From Elusimicrobiota bacterium (GTDB taxonomy: Bacteria; Elusimicrobiota; Elusimicrobia; UBA1565): a stretch of DNA of 55,636 nt. The stretch spans positions 1 to 55,636 of the forward strand of contig JBDRPD010000008.1 of assembly GCA_043827405.1 (NCBI GenBank). Direction: 5' to 3'. Under the pieces are notes generated by a model. It did not search any database. It had not been told where the DNA came from and saw only the letters and a list, made by a program, of their open reading frames with translations. This document shows positions 1 through 11,131 of the stretch, in pieces. A program made the translations under genes and the position numbers. The first letter of the stretch is position 1; every line of letters starts with the position of its first letter.

Positions 1-1220
1 AGCAGGACCGTCTGTCCCATCTGGGAAAATGCGACGGCTAAGTTCGCGGCGACATGGGTCTTGCCTTCAGACTGCACAGTGCTCGTGATAAGAAATTCAT
101 TAGAGGTTTCGGAAACTCCTGCCAGATCCACCATGGTCCGCATATTGCGGAACGCCTCACTGGAAAGCGAAAGCTTGTTGGATATTAAGGGTTCGTAGAC
201 CGGTCTATTATCGTCCTGCGGGAGATGCGGGATGACTCCAAGCGAGGGGATATGTAGTTTCTTCTCCACGTCCTCCTGAGTGCGGATGCTCTGATCAAGG
301 ACTTCGATGAGAAAGGCGACAAATATGCCGGCGATCAGTCCAACGGCAAGGCCAATGCCCACGCCGCGGACCTTGTTCGGCTTGTATGGCCTTCGCGGAA
401 TCCGGGCAGGATCGACGATGCGCACATTGTTGCCCTTGAGTTGTCCCGATAATTCTGCCTTCAGGCTTTGAATCGCATTCGCCGTCTCTTTGTCAATTTG
501 CGCCTGCAAAGTCGCCATTTGCGAGTCGAGGGAGGCCATCGCGGGGTGACGTTTTTTGTAACGTCTTGAGAGCTCGGCTTTTTGCGCCTGGGCTGAAATA
601 TAAGCTCTCTTCAGCTGCTGAATGAGTTCGTTGCCGACGATAGCCGGCAGGGCGGACGCCGCGAATTCCCCGTCAGAGCTCTTCGGACCCGACTTGAGAA
701 CTTTTAGGATATCCTGCGAGATAAAAAGCTGGTTGCTCAGATTCTGTTTGACGTAAATCTCTGCCAAGGTATTGGCAATCAGTGCCGTTAGCTCCGGTTC
801 GTGGGAGTCGACCCCGACATGAAGGAGACGTGTACCGCGGAGAGGAATGATTTCGATCGCGGCATCCAGTGCCTCAACCCCGCCCTTAAAATCCTCGGTA
901 TTATTAAGCGCCAGTTGTTCGTAGACCTTTTCAAGAAGTGTATAGCTCTTCAGGAGCTTGAACTGGGTCGCGTAATAGTCCTGCTGGGTGCTTTCAACAC
1001 CGCCGTGCTCTCGATATATCCCACTGTTGCTTCCGGTGCGCTCCTTTTCTATGACAAGAAGCGCTTGGCTATTATATACAGGCGGGGTCGTAAAAGTTTT
1101 GAGAGCGGTGCAAAGGGAGATTACAGCAGCTATGGAAAGAATAATCCATCGTCGTCGCAATAAGACGTCTATGTAGTAAGAAAAGTCGATATCGCTGTTG
1201 GTTTCAATCGCGCCTTGCAT
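1..1220 (-). CDS. Wzc/GumC-family polysaccharide co-polymerase with tyrosine kinase domain (3' end runs off the window)
   Basis: Not in ORF track; manual translation from ATG 1220: MQGAIETNSDIDFSYYIDVLLRRRWII..., TM1, coiled region, NNVRIVDPARIPRRPYKP, TM2, SEAFRNMRT, Walker A-like TSTVQSEGKT. Confidence 0.92.
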   Translation of the reverse strand, partial: MQGAIETNSDIDFSYYIDVLLRRRWIILSIAAVISLCTALKTFTTPPVYNSQALLVIEKERTGSNSGIYREHGGVESTQQDYYATQFKLLKSYTLLEKVYEQLALNNTEDFKGGVEALDAAIEIIPLRGTRLLHVGVDSHEPELTALIANTLAEIYVKQNLSNQLFISQDILKVLKSGPKSSDGEFAASALPAIVGNELIQQLKRAYISAQAQKAELSRRYKKRHPAMASLDSQMATLQAQIDKETANAIQSLKAELSGQLKGNNVRIVDPARIPRRPYKPNKVRGVGIGLAVGLIAGIFVAFLIEVLDQSIRTQEDVEKKLHIPSLGVIPHLPQDDNRPVYEPLISNKLSLSSEAFRNMRTMVDLAGVSETSNEFLITSTVQSEGKTHVAANLAVAFSQMGQTVL

Positions 1221-1238
1221 GGCTATTAATACTCCAGA

Positions 1239-1931
1239 TCAGAAAAAGCTCTGCGGGATATGAATAACGTCGTTGGGCTCAAGCGGGATGTCCTTATCCT
1301 TCTCGCCCCTTGAGGTAATAGCGGACACTTCGATGGTGATGCTGATGTTCTTGCCGTCCGGTGTCGCCCGAATGACCTTGGTCCGGTCCTTCGCCGCCAC
1401 CGGCGAGAAGCCGCCGGCCTTGGAGATCGCCTCCAGGACCGTCATGCGCTTCTCCGTCGGCAGATCGAATGCGCCGGGGCTCTTCACTTCACCAAGCACG
1501 TAAATCTGTTTATTGCTGTACTCTTTAATGAAGACCGTAATCTGCGGGTCAACGAAAAACTCGGAAAGCTTCTCCGCTATCAGCCTTTCGGCTTCGATCG
1601 TGGAAAGTCCTCCGACTTGGATCTCTCCGGCGAGAGGGAAAGAAATAAGACCCTTCTGACCTACCCGGACCGTCCTATCCATGCTCTCTTCCCGATAGAC
1701 CGTAATCTCTAGCAGGTCCACGGGACTGATCTTATAGCTGGCTTTGCTTTGTTTAACCGACTGCAGGATGGTGCTCAGGTCGACTTCCACCGCGCCGGCG
1801 CTCGCCGCTGCGGCCTGTGCGGCACGCGTAGTGGGAGTCTTTGACTCGTTGGGCGCCTGCGCCCGCTGCGCGGCGCAGGCGGACAGAACGGCGACGGCCA
1901 TCAGTGCGACGGGGAAAAATCGTGATTTCAC
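1239..1931 (-). CDS. Polysaccharide export (OPX/Wza-like) lipoprotein, short form
   Basis: Lipobox LSAC; Poly_export motif (DLLEITVY...GLISFPLAGEI...); one SLBB domain (VLGEVKSPG...TVLEAISKAGG); ends IHIPQSFF. Confidence 0.92.
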   Translation of the reverse strand: MKSRFFPVALMAVAVLSACAAQRAQAPNESKTPTTRAAQAAAASAGAVEVDLSTILQSVKQSKASYKISPVDLLEITVYREESMDRTVRVGQKGLISFPLAGEIQVGGLSTIEAERLIAEKLSEFFVDPQITVFIKEYSNKQIYVLGEVKSPGAFDLPTEKRMTVLEAISKAGGFSPVAAKDRTKVIRATPDGKNISITIEVSAITSRGEKDKDIPLEPNDVIHIPQSFF

Positions 1932-1952
1932 AACGGTTAATTATATCAAAAT

Positions 1953-1984
1953 ACAGCCTCCCGAGGCGAACCCCGGGAGGCTGT
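1953..1984 (-). terminator. Intrinsic terminator-like hairpin between the beta-barrel gene and the OPX gene
   Basis: ACAGCCTCCCG (1953-1963) / CGGGAGGCTGT (1974-1984) inverted repeat with T-rich tails on both sides. Confidence 0.65.
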
Positions 1985-2001
1985 TTTGATCTATATCGTC
2001 C

Positions 2002-3363
2002 TTAGAACGTCGCCTTGAGGCCGAGGGCCGTCAGGTGACGCTTGTAGTTGTACTGACCGGAGAAGATCGAGAACCTCTGGTCGTACTGATAGCTTACATC
2101 CGCCGCCAGCCACTCCTGGATGTCATAGCCCACGCCCATTTTCAGGGTGTAGGTATCATCGCGCCGGCTGGCATGCTGGCCGCCGGCTATGGTCGCGGGA
2201 GCGCCGTTGGGGTTAACCACGGCGGCATCTCCGTACTTGTCGACGCCCCAGCCGAAGCCGAGCTTGGCCCGCAGCTTGTACGGGAACTTATGCGAGGCAT
2301 TGATGTCGACCTTATTGCCGATGCTGTAGCGGTTGGTGCCGAAGGTCGAGTCATTTATGCTGCGGTTGTAGGCGACATCGAGCGCGCAGCGATCGGTCGG
2401 CGCGTAGTTGACGCCCGCGCCGACGGTCCAGTTATTCGTATTGCCGCGGCGATGGGTCCAGTTGCCGTTGGCGTCGGCAGCGGTCTCGTTGCCAGCGCCG
2501 TTGGCGTAGCGCCGGGAGTTGATGCCGGTCTCTATCCGGCCCTTGAGCTTCTGCATCAGCTTGCCCTCGACGCCGACATTGAAGGCATGGTTGCGGCTGT
2601 CCTTCGCGCGGCCGCCGGTATAGCTGTTGGTCGTGATGCCGTCCCACATGCCGTTGGTGTAGTGGATCACCCGGTGCGTGTAGCCGACATAGGCCCGCGT
2701 CTTCGGCATGATGAAGTAGCCGGCCTTGAGACCGAAGCCGTACTCGACCCGGTCGAGGATGCTGGCCAGCGTCGGGCCGTTGAGGTAATGGTGCCGCTCC
2801 TGGAAGCCCTCGGCCTCCGCGAACAGCTTGCCGCCCTCGGGCTTATAGCCCACCATCAGGCCGACATTATTGTGCCAGCGCTTCTCGCGCTCGACGGTCT
2901 CCGAGAAGGCCGGGTCGTCGGTGTTGATGTACTTGTCATGCACCTTGGCATAGACGCCGAACGGACCCTTGAAGTCATAGGCGATGCTCGCCGCCTGGTT
3001 GACCCGGTTGTTGATCCCGGAGAAGCGATGGTAGCCCTTCCACAGGAAGTCATAGCCCAGGGTGAACTTATGCATGTCGGTAACGGGGAGGTCGAGGTTG
3101 ACGCCCGCATTGACATTGGTGATGGCCGACTGCACGACGCCGCCGCCTTGCTGCACCCCGCTCAGATCCGACGGGACGAGGTAGATGTTCGTATCGTATT
3201 CCTCATTGACCCCGGCGTAGGGATGGATACCCAGCGGTCCGAGTTTGAGGTTGCCCTTCTTGTACTGCGTCAGGCCGTCGAAAAAGCCGCCGGCCAGGGC
3301 GTTGTGCGGCAGGAGCAGTAGCGCTCCGAGTACTATGGCAGTCAGGCGTTGCATTATATTCAT
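2002..3363 (-). CDS. Outer-membrane beta-barrel protein, EPS-associated (BBP2/EpsX-like)
   Basis: Signal peptide, YDTNIY motif, alternating amphipathic strands, C-terminal Phe (LGLKATF); AAGGAG SD before ATG 3363; adjacent to OPX and Wzc. Confidence 0.8.
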   Translation of the reverse strand: MNIMQRLTAIVLGALLLLPHNALAGGFFDGLTQYKKGNLKLGPLGIHPYAGVNEEYDTNIYLVPSDLSGVQQGGGVVQSAITNVNAGVNLDLPVTDMHKFTLGYDFLWKGYHRFSGINNRVNQAASIAYDFKGPFGVYAKVHDKYINTDDPAFSETVEREKRWHNNVGLMVGYKPEGGKLFAEAEGFQERHHYLNGPTLASILDRVEYGFGLKAGYFIMPKTRAYVGYTHRVIHYTNGMWDGITTNSYTGGRAKDSRNHAFNVGVEGKLMQKLKGRIETGINSRRYANGAGNETAADANGNWTHRRGNTNNWTVGAGVNYAPTDRCALDVAYNRSINDSTFGTNRYSIGNKVDINASHKFPYKLRAKLGFGWGVDKYGDAAVVNPNGAPATIAGGQHASRRDDTYTLKMGVGYDIQEWLAADVSYQYDQRFSIFSGQYNYKRHLTALGLKATF

Positions 3364-3405
3364 TCTCCTTGTCACTGAGGGGATATTATCTGGATGCAAT
3401 TGATT

Positions 3406-4053
3406 TTACGGAGTCGACGGCGAAAGCGTCTCGACGTTCTGCGACGCGTTTTCCGTCGTCGTTGTGTCCGTCGTCGTCTCGGTCGTGCCGGTATCGGCAT
3501 CACCCGCATCCGCGGCGTCGGTCGTGGCGGTGGTCGTGGTCGTCGGCTCCGCGGACGGGGCCGCGACGGTGGTGCTCTCGCCCTGGGCCATGGTCGTGGT
3601 CTTGCCGCCGGTGGTCATTTCGACGCTGCCGGTAGCCACCGACATGGTGGCCTTCTTGCCGGTGGTCTTTACCGCGATCGAGCTGCCGCTCTTGACGCTC
3701 GCCTCGGAACCGCCCACGGAAACCTTAATCGCGGAGGAGGTGCCGGTGGCGGCGACGGTAACGGTGTTGCCGCTCGTATTGAACGTGAAGCTGTCGCCCT
3801 TGGCGGCGGTCACTACCGTGCCGCCGGCCTCGAAGACGGCTGATCCGGAAACGACGATGACTTCGGCGCCGGCGGGAATCTCCGGAACGGGAGCGCCGGG
3901 AACAACGCCGATAATCGAGCCGTCGGCCAGCTTGATCTGCACCTGGCCGGTGAAGCTGACGATCTTCATTTTTTTCGTCTTGGCCGCGAAAGCAAAGTTG
4001 GTAACTGCGACGGCGAGCACGGCGACTACGGCGAGCGTCATCAATCTTTTCAT
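3406..4053 (-). CDS. Secreted FecR-like beta-rich protein with Thr/acidic low-complexity tail
   Basis: Signal peptide (…AFA); repeated VxxGSVE/VSGSAV turns; AGGAG SD before ATG 4053; tail TTTTTATTDAAD...SPSTP. Confidence 0.6.
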   Translation of the reverse strand: MKRLMTLAVVAVLAVAVTNFAFAAKTKKMKIVSFTGQVQIKLADGSIIGVVPGAPVPEIPAGAEVIVVSGSAVFEAGGTVVTAAKGDSFTFNTSGNTVTVAATGTSSAIKVSVGGSEASVKSGSSIAVKTTGKKATMSVATGSVEMTTGGKTTTMAQGESTTVAAPSAEPTTTTTATTDAADAGDADTGTTETTTDTTTTENASQNVETLSPSTP

Positions 4054-4089
4054 GTAAGGCGTCTCCTTTGTGACCATTAGGTCAGCGTG

Positions 4090-4118
4090 ATTCTAACAGA
4101 AACACTATACGAAGTCAA
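4090..4118 (-). promoter_or_regulatory. Sigma70-type promoter for the EPS export cluster
   Basis: Minus strand TTGACT-17 nt-TAGAAT. Confidence 0.7.
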
Positions 4119-4198
4119 TGTCAATTACCGACATCTTATATCCTAAATCATTTTCCATGTCAAGCGGAACTTTAGTCACAAATTATTCCGCTCATCTT

Positions 4199-4207
4199 TG
4201 CTATAAT
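4199..4207 (+). promoter_or_regulatory. Extended -10 promoter for rpsB
   Basis: TGCTATAAT about 155 nt upstream of the rpsB ATG. Confidence 0.6.
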
Positions 4208-4362
4208 GGCCTAAATCCCTGATGGACCATATGACATCGGGGTCCGTCCAAGCCGCAGCACGCAGCTCCTCTTAATATAGGAACAGGCCGTTGGATGAGG
4301 ACTTATCATGTGGTTTGTCCGTTAAACATAAAGCGGCACCCAGAGGAGGCGTAAGAGAAAAC

Positions 4363-5304
4363 ATGATCAATATTTCGATGAAGGCGATGCTCGAGGCGGG
4401 AGTCCACTTCGGGCATCAGACGAGGCGCTGGAACCCGAAGATGGCGCGGTTCATATTCGGCGAGAGAAACAATATTCACATCATCGACCTGCAGAAGACT
4501 GTCAAGGAACTCAAGAAAACCTACATCTGGATCAAGGAACAGGCGGAAGCGGGAAAGAATTTCCTGATGGTCGGAACGAAGAAGCAGGCCAAGGACGTCA
4601 TCAAGATCGAGGCCGAGCGCGCCGGCATGCCCTATGTCGCGGAGAAGTGGCTCGGCGGCATGCTCACCAATTACGCCACCATCAAAAAGTCGATCAAGCG
4701 TCTCGAAGAGCTCGAGACCTGGGAGCGCGACGGCATCTTCAACGTGCTGGCCAAGAAAGAAGTATCGCGCCTTAACAAGGAGCTGCTGCGCCTGCGCCGG
4801 ATTCTGACCGGCATCCGCAAGATCGAGAAGCTGCCCGATGCGATCTTCGTCATCGACCCGTATGAAGAGAGCATGGCGATCACGGAAGCCCACAAGCTGC
4901 ATATCCCCATCGTCGCGGTATGCGATACCAACTGCGATCCCGACCTGATCGATCATCCGATCCCGGGCAACGACGACGCCGCCCGAGCCATCAAGCTCTT
5001 CTGCAGCATCGTCGCCGACGCCATTCTCGAGGGCCGGGCCGAATTTGAAAAGGCAAGGGCCGCGAAGTCCGTCGCGGGCGCCGAGGCCGAGATGACGCGA
5101 GCGGCTTCCCGGGACGATGTCGCCGAGGAGTTCCTGGCGCAGGAAGTGGCGCACAGCGACACCGAAGAGCTCAAGCCCGGCGCTCCCGAAGAGGAAGCGA
5201 AAAAGCCGGCGGTCGCGGACGCGACGCCGCGCCCGGAAGCCGTCGTGTCGACTGAGGACGCCGCGGCCGAGAAGCCGGAAGCACAGGCCCAGGCAGCCGG
5301 CTAG
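4363..5304 (+). CDS. rpsB: 30S ribosomal protein S2
   Basis: [34 protein letters not shown]; acidic/Ala-rich C-terminal tail. Confidence 0.99.
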   Translation: MINISMKAMLEAGVHFGHQTRRWNPKMARFIFGERNNIHIIDLQKTVKELKKTYIWIKEQAEAGKNFLMVGTKKQAKDVIKIEAERAGMPYVAEKWLGGMLTNYATIKKSIKRLEELETWERDGIFNVLAKKEVSRLNKELLRLRRILTGIRKIEKLPDAIFVIDPYEESMAITEAHKLHIPIVAVCDTNCDPDLIDHPIPGNDDAARAIKLFCSIVADAILEGRAEFEKARAAKSVAGAEAEMTRAASRDDVAEEFLAQEVAHSDTEELKPGAPEEEAKKPAVADATPRPEAVVSTEDAAAEKPEAQAQAAG

Positions 5305-5460
5305 CCGTCTACCGGGAATGCAAAGCCGCTATTCTGGAGCTTATCAAGACGGCTGGTCCCGACGGAGACGGGAGGATATTCTCGTGACCGGTACCGTCGC
5401 AGTCGGGGTTAGCTTGACCGCCGCCGGCACAACCAACCCTTTATTAAGGAGAATCCGCAT

Positions 5461-7043
<1,583 letters not shown>

Positions 7044-7056
7044 CAAGGAGAGCCTC

Positions 7057-7608
7057 ATGAACTACAAAAGCCTAGCCGAGTCGGCGATGAAGGAGAAGAT
7101 CGAAAGCCTCAAAGACGAGCTCAACAATATCCGTACGGGACGAGCCAATCCCCACGCGCTCGACAATATCCAGGTGGAGTACTACGGCGCGCTGTGCCCG
7201 ATCAAGCAGGTCGCCGCGATTTCCGTTTCCGCGGGACGAACGCTGGAGATCCGCCCCTTCGACCCCACTTCGATCGAGGCGATCGAGAAAGCGCTGCAGA
7301 AGTCCGATATCGGCGTCCCCCCGCAGAACGACGGCAAGGTTATCCGGCTCAACTTTCCGGCCATGAACGAGGAGCGGCGCGGCCAGCTGGCCAAGGAAGC
7401 CGGCAAGATCGGCGAGGATTTTCGGGTTCAGATCCGCAGCGAGCGGCGCGACACGCTCAACGCCCTGCGTGAGGACGCCAAGAAGGACAAGATGCCCGAA
7501 GACGAGCAGAAGGGCATCGAAAGCGCCATCCAGAAGGTCACCGACGCCAACATCGCCGTCATCGACCGGCTGATCGAGGAAAAGCAGAAGGAAATCACGA
7601 CGGTCTAA
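7057..7608 (+). CDS. frr: Ribosome recycling factor
   Basis: IRTGRANP, PQNDGKVIRL, EERR; synteny. Confidence 0.98.
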   Translation: MNYKSLAESAMKEKIESLKDELNNIRTGRANPHALDNIQVEYYGALCPIKQVAAISVSAGRTLEIRPFDPTSIEAIEKALQKSDIGVPPQNDGKVIRLNFPAMNEERRGQLAKEAGKIGEDFRVQIRSERRDTLNALREDAKKDKMPEDEQKGIESAIQKVTDANIAVIDRLIEEKQKEITTV

Positions 7609-8315
7609 TGACTGCCGAGAGCCAGCTCGACCCCGAGCGCATTCCGCGGCACATTGCGATCATTATGGACGGCAATGGGCGCTGGGCTAAAAAGCGCCGG
7701 CAGCCCCGGGTCTCGGGGCATAAAGCCGGCGTGGATTCGGTCCGCGCCACCGTACGCGCCTGCGCCGAACTCGGCGTCAAAACCCTCACCCTGTACTCTT
7801 TCTCCACGGAGAATTGGCTGCGCCCGAAGGCCGAGGTAGAAGAGCTGATGAGCCTGCTGGCCTGGGCGCTCAAGGTCGAGACCCCGGACCTCGACAAGAA
7901 CAAGGTCCGCCTCATGGTATCGGGTAGGATCGAAGGCCTGCCGGCGCCGGTACGCTCCGCGCTAGGCAAGTCGATTAAGAAGCTCGCGAAGAACACCGGC
8001 CTCCTGCTCAACCTGGCGATAAATTACGGCTCCCGGGCGGAGATCGTCGACGCCGTCAACGGCTTGATCCGCGACGGGGTGAAGGAGGTGTCGGAGCAGG
8101 AGATATCCGGCCGCCTCTACACCTCGGGCATCCCCGACCCGGACATGCTCATCCGCACTTCAGGCGAGATGCGCCTGTCCAATTTCCTCCTGTGGCAGGT
8201 CGCCTATTCGGAGATATACGTGACGCCCGTCTTCTGGCCGGACTTTCGCAAGAAGGATCTGATCGAAGCCATCAAGTCCTTTCAGAAGCGCGACCGGCGG
8301 TTCGGACGCCTGTAA
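7608..8315 (+). CDS. uppS: Undecaprenyl diphosphate synthase
   Basis: HIAIIMDGNGRWA, FSTENW, RTSGEMRLSNFLLWQ, RRFG. Confidence 0.98.
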   Translation: MTAESQLDPERIPRHIAIIMDGNGRWAKKRRQPRVSGHKAGVDSVRATVRACAELGVKTLTLYSFSTENWLRPKAEVEELMSLLAWALKVETPDLDKNKVRLMVSGRIEGLPAPVRSALGKSIKKLAKNTGLLLNLAINYGSRAEIVDAVNGLIRDGVKEVSEQEISGRLYTSGIPDPDMLIRTSGEMRLSNFLLWQVAYSEIYVTPVFWPDFRKKDLIEAIKSFQKRDRRFGRL

Positions 8316-8317
8316 GC

Positions 8318-9136
8318 ATGCTGCTGCCGCGAATCCTTACCGCCGCCGTCGGCATTCCGCTGTTCATCTACCTGATCAAGCTGGGCTCCGTTCCCTATCT
8401 TTCCCTCATCATCGGCTTGAGCGTGATCGCGCTCCATGAGTATGCCACTATTCTCTGGGTGGGCGGCCGCGGCATCCAGCGTTCGCTGACCGTCATCGGC
8501 GGCGCCGCCGTGGCGCTGGCCGTCGCCCTGGACGGGACCAGACAGCTCGAGGTGCTCGGCCTCGGTCTGACGCATATCGCCGTGACCGGCGTAGTAGTGA
8601 TCGCCCTGCTCTCGGAGGTCCTGCGCCGGGAGCATTCCCTGGACCGCGCCGCTCTGAGCGTCTTCGGCACGGTGCTTATCGGCTGGACCCTCGCCCACCT
8701 GGTGCTCATCCGCGACCTCTCGCCCAACGGCGAAGCTTTGACGTTCCTGCTGTTTGTCGCCGTCTGGGTGACGGATTCCTTCGCCTACTTCGCCGGGCGG
8801 GCTCTCGGCCGGACCAAGCTGGCCAAGGTCATCAGCCCGAAGAAGACCTGGGAGGGCGCCGCGGGCGGCCTCCTCGGCGCGGTGGCGACGGTATGGCTGG
8901 CGCGCCGGTTCTTCATGCCCGATATCCTTTCCCCCTTCATGGCCGTCGGCCTGGGTTTGCTGATCGGCACGCTCGGCCAGGTCTCGGACCTGAGCCAGTC
9001 CCTGATCAAGCGGGCCGCGGGCGCCAAGGATTCCTCGCACCTGCTCCCGGGACACGGCGGCGTCTTCGACCGCATGGACTCCTTCCTGCTTCTGGCGCCG
9101 GTCTTCTACTACGTTCTCCTCGCCGCGGGACTTTAA
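8318..9136 (+). CDS. cdsA: Phosphatidate cytidylyltransferase
   Basis: SPKKTWEG, KDSSHLLPGHGGVFDRMDS; start moved to ATG 8318. Confidence 0.97.
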   Translation: MLLPRILTAAVGIPLFIYLIKLGSVPYLSLIIGLSVIALHEYATILWVGGRGIQRSLTVIGGAAVALAVALDGTRQLEVLGLGLTHIAVTGVVVIALLSEVLRREHSLDRAALSVFGTVLIGWTLAHLVLIRDLSPNGEALTFLLFVAVWVTDSFAYFAGRALGRTKLAKVISPKKTWEGAAGGLLGAVATVWLARRFFMPDILSPFMAVGLGLLIGTLGQVSDLSQSLIKRAAGAKDSSHLLPGHGGVFDRMDSFLLLAPVFYYVLLAAGL

Positions 9137-9191
9137 TGCTACAATCACCACCTCGTTGGGCCGCATATTTTTCCGGCGGAGAGAATTTTTC

Positions 9192-10334
9192 TTGATACTC
9201 AGCACCATCGCCGTCCTGTTCACGTTCGGGATCGTCATATTTCTGCACGAAGGCGGCCATTTCCTGGTCTGCCGCTGGCTCGGCGTGCGCGTTGAGCGCT
9301 TCGCTTTCGGCTTCGGCCCGGAGCTCCTGGGATTTACCAGCGGCGACACCCGGTTCTCCATCTGCGCCATCCCCCTGGGCGGCTTCGTCAAGCCGGCCGG
9401 GGAGGTAATCGAGGACGTTACGGGCGCCCCCGACGAGTACTTCAGCCATTCGCCCTGGCACCGGCTGATGATCGTCGCCGCCGGGCCGGCGATGAACTAC
9501 ATCCTGGCATTCCTCCTTTTCTTCACGGTCGTATTCCTGCGCGGCATGCCCGAGCCGTCGACGGCGGCGGTCATCGGCGAGCTCGCTCCCGGCTTCCCGG
9601 CCGCCGTGGCCGGCCTGACCCTCGGCGACGAGATCGTGGAGCTCGACGGCATCGCGATCAGGAGATGGAGCGACATGGCCAGCTTCATCCATGCCAACCC
9701 CGGCAAAACGGTGAGCATGACCTATCTGCACGACGGCGAGCGCGGCATGGTCGATATCGTGCCCCGGCTCGATCCGGCCTCCGGCCGCGGGCTCATCGGC
9801 ATCATGCCGGAGATGGTCTACCGCAGCGTGGGGTTGCTGGGCTCGGCCAAGGAAGGCGCGCACCAGTGCTGGTACTGGACCGCCTATACGGTAAAAACCC
9901 TGAAGGAGAAGATCGTACGCCGCGAGCGGCCCGATCTGGCCGGCCCGGTCGGGATCGTCCAGATGGTTTCCCGCGCCGCGCACTCCGGGCTGCAGGACTT
10001 CATTTTTCTCGTCGGGCTGATTTCGGTCGCGATCGGCTTCTTCAATCTTCTGCCGATCCCGCTCCTCGACGGCGGCCACGCCACCCTCTACCTATGGGAA
10101 GGGATCAGCGGGCGCAAGCTGACGGTGACGCTCATCGGCTACGCCAACTCGGTCGGCCTGGCGCTCATCCTCTCCCTGCTGGCGTTCGCGACCTACAACG
10201 ACGTCCTGCGCATTCACACCCAGCGCAAGGCCACAAGCGCGGCGGCTGCGGAACAAGCCGCCGCGGAAGAAGAAGCGGCGCCGGAAAAGACTCCCGAAGA
10301 AGCATTCCCGCCCAAAGCCGCGCCGGTACAGTAG
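9192..10334 (+). CDS. rseP: RIP metalloprotease RseP (M50 with PDZ)
   Basis: HEGGH, PLGGFV, AGPAMN, NLLPIPLLDGG; likely TTG start at 9192 after GGAG. Confidence 0.96.
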   Translation: MILSTIAVLFTFGIVIFLHEGGHFLVCRWLGVRVERFAFGFGPELLGFTSGDTRFSICAIPLGGFVKPAGEVIEDVTGAPDEYFSHSPWHRLMIVAAGPAMNYILAFLLFFTVVFLRGMPEPSTAAVIGELAPGFPAAVAGLTLGDEIVELDGIAIRRWSDMASFIHANPGKTVSMTYLHDGERGMVDIVPRLDPASGRGLIGIMPEMVYRSVGLLGSAKEGAHQCWYWTAYTVKTLKEKIVRRERPDLAGPVGIVQMVSRAAHSGLQDFIFLVGLISVAIGFFNLLPIPLLDGGHATLYLWEGISGRKLTVTLIGYANSVGLALILSLLAFATYNDVLRIHTQRKATSAAAAEQAAAEEEAAPEKTPEEAFPPKAAPVQ

Positions 10335-10588
10335 CGCCTTCCCGTCCAAAGCCGCGCGTTCCCAACATCTGGATATGCACCGCCTTACGGCGGCGCGTAC
10401 TGCCTCGACAGACTCACGTACCAACAATACGCATTCCTGATAGGCAGTACGGAACTTTTTAGGGGGGTCGTTCGTATAGATGGGCATGGGGCTATTTCAG
10501 GCCGGCGGACTCCATCGAGAATCGGGAGCGTACCGCGTAGGAGCGGTTGCCCCCGCCGGCGGTGAATGGATGCCCCTAAATTTTGATC

Positions 10589-11131
10589 CTAAAGGGCGAA
10601 GGCGTAACGCACTTCCACGATGGATGCTCGCCGTTCGGAGAGGATTTCAACTGCGTATCGCTGAAACTCCCCAACCCTCACCCAGGTTCCGTACGCGGGA
10701 GGAGCGGCGGCGGAACGGCGCAAGGCGTCGTTTAGGTCCCGGAAGTCCTTCACGCCGACGGCGGCCATGAGCTCGGCGGCCCGGCGGTACCAGTAGGGAC
10801 GGTCGGCGCGGCGGCGGCGGTCTCCGAGAAGGCGGAAGCGGAAGACATAGCCGCTGCGGGTGCAGCCTTCATGCGCCACCGTCAGCAGGACGTTCCCGCG
10901 CAAGCGCGCCCGCTCTTCGGCGCGGTAGGGAGAGATCTTGCGGAAGCTCGTCGACAGCACCATGGGCGCGCCCATGCGCAGCAGCGCCGCGGGCTGCGCG
11001 CGCGTGCAGTCGGCGCGGGGGCCCGCCGGCGCCTCGCGCAGCGGCCGGAGCGGCGGCGCGTCCGGAAACGGATCATGCGCGCAGCCGGCCAGCAGACAGA
11101 ACGCGAGAGCCGCCGCGGCGCGGCGGCTCAA
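10589..11131 (-). CDS. Hypothetical lipoprotein
   Basis: Lipobox LLAGC; ATGA overlap with upstream gene. Confidence 0.6.
   Translation of the reverse strand: MSRRAAAALAFCLLAGCAHDPFPDAPPLRPLREAPAGPRADCTRAQPAALLRMGAPMVLSTSFRKISPYRAEERARLRGNVLLTVAHEGCTRSGYVFRFRLLGDRRRRADRPYWYRRAAELMAAVGVKDFRDLNDALRRSAAAPPAYGTWVRVGEFQRYAVEILSERRASIVEVRYAFAL

Noticed and set aside
801..1176. Plus-strand ORFs 801..1163 and 988..1176 in the track
   Set aside because: Antisense to the Wzc gene, which the track missed because it runs off the window edge
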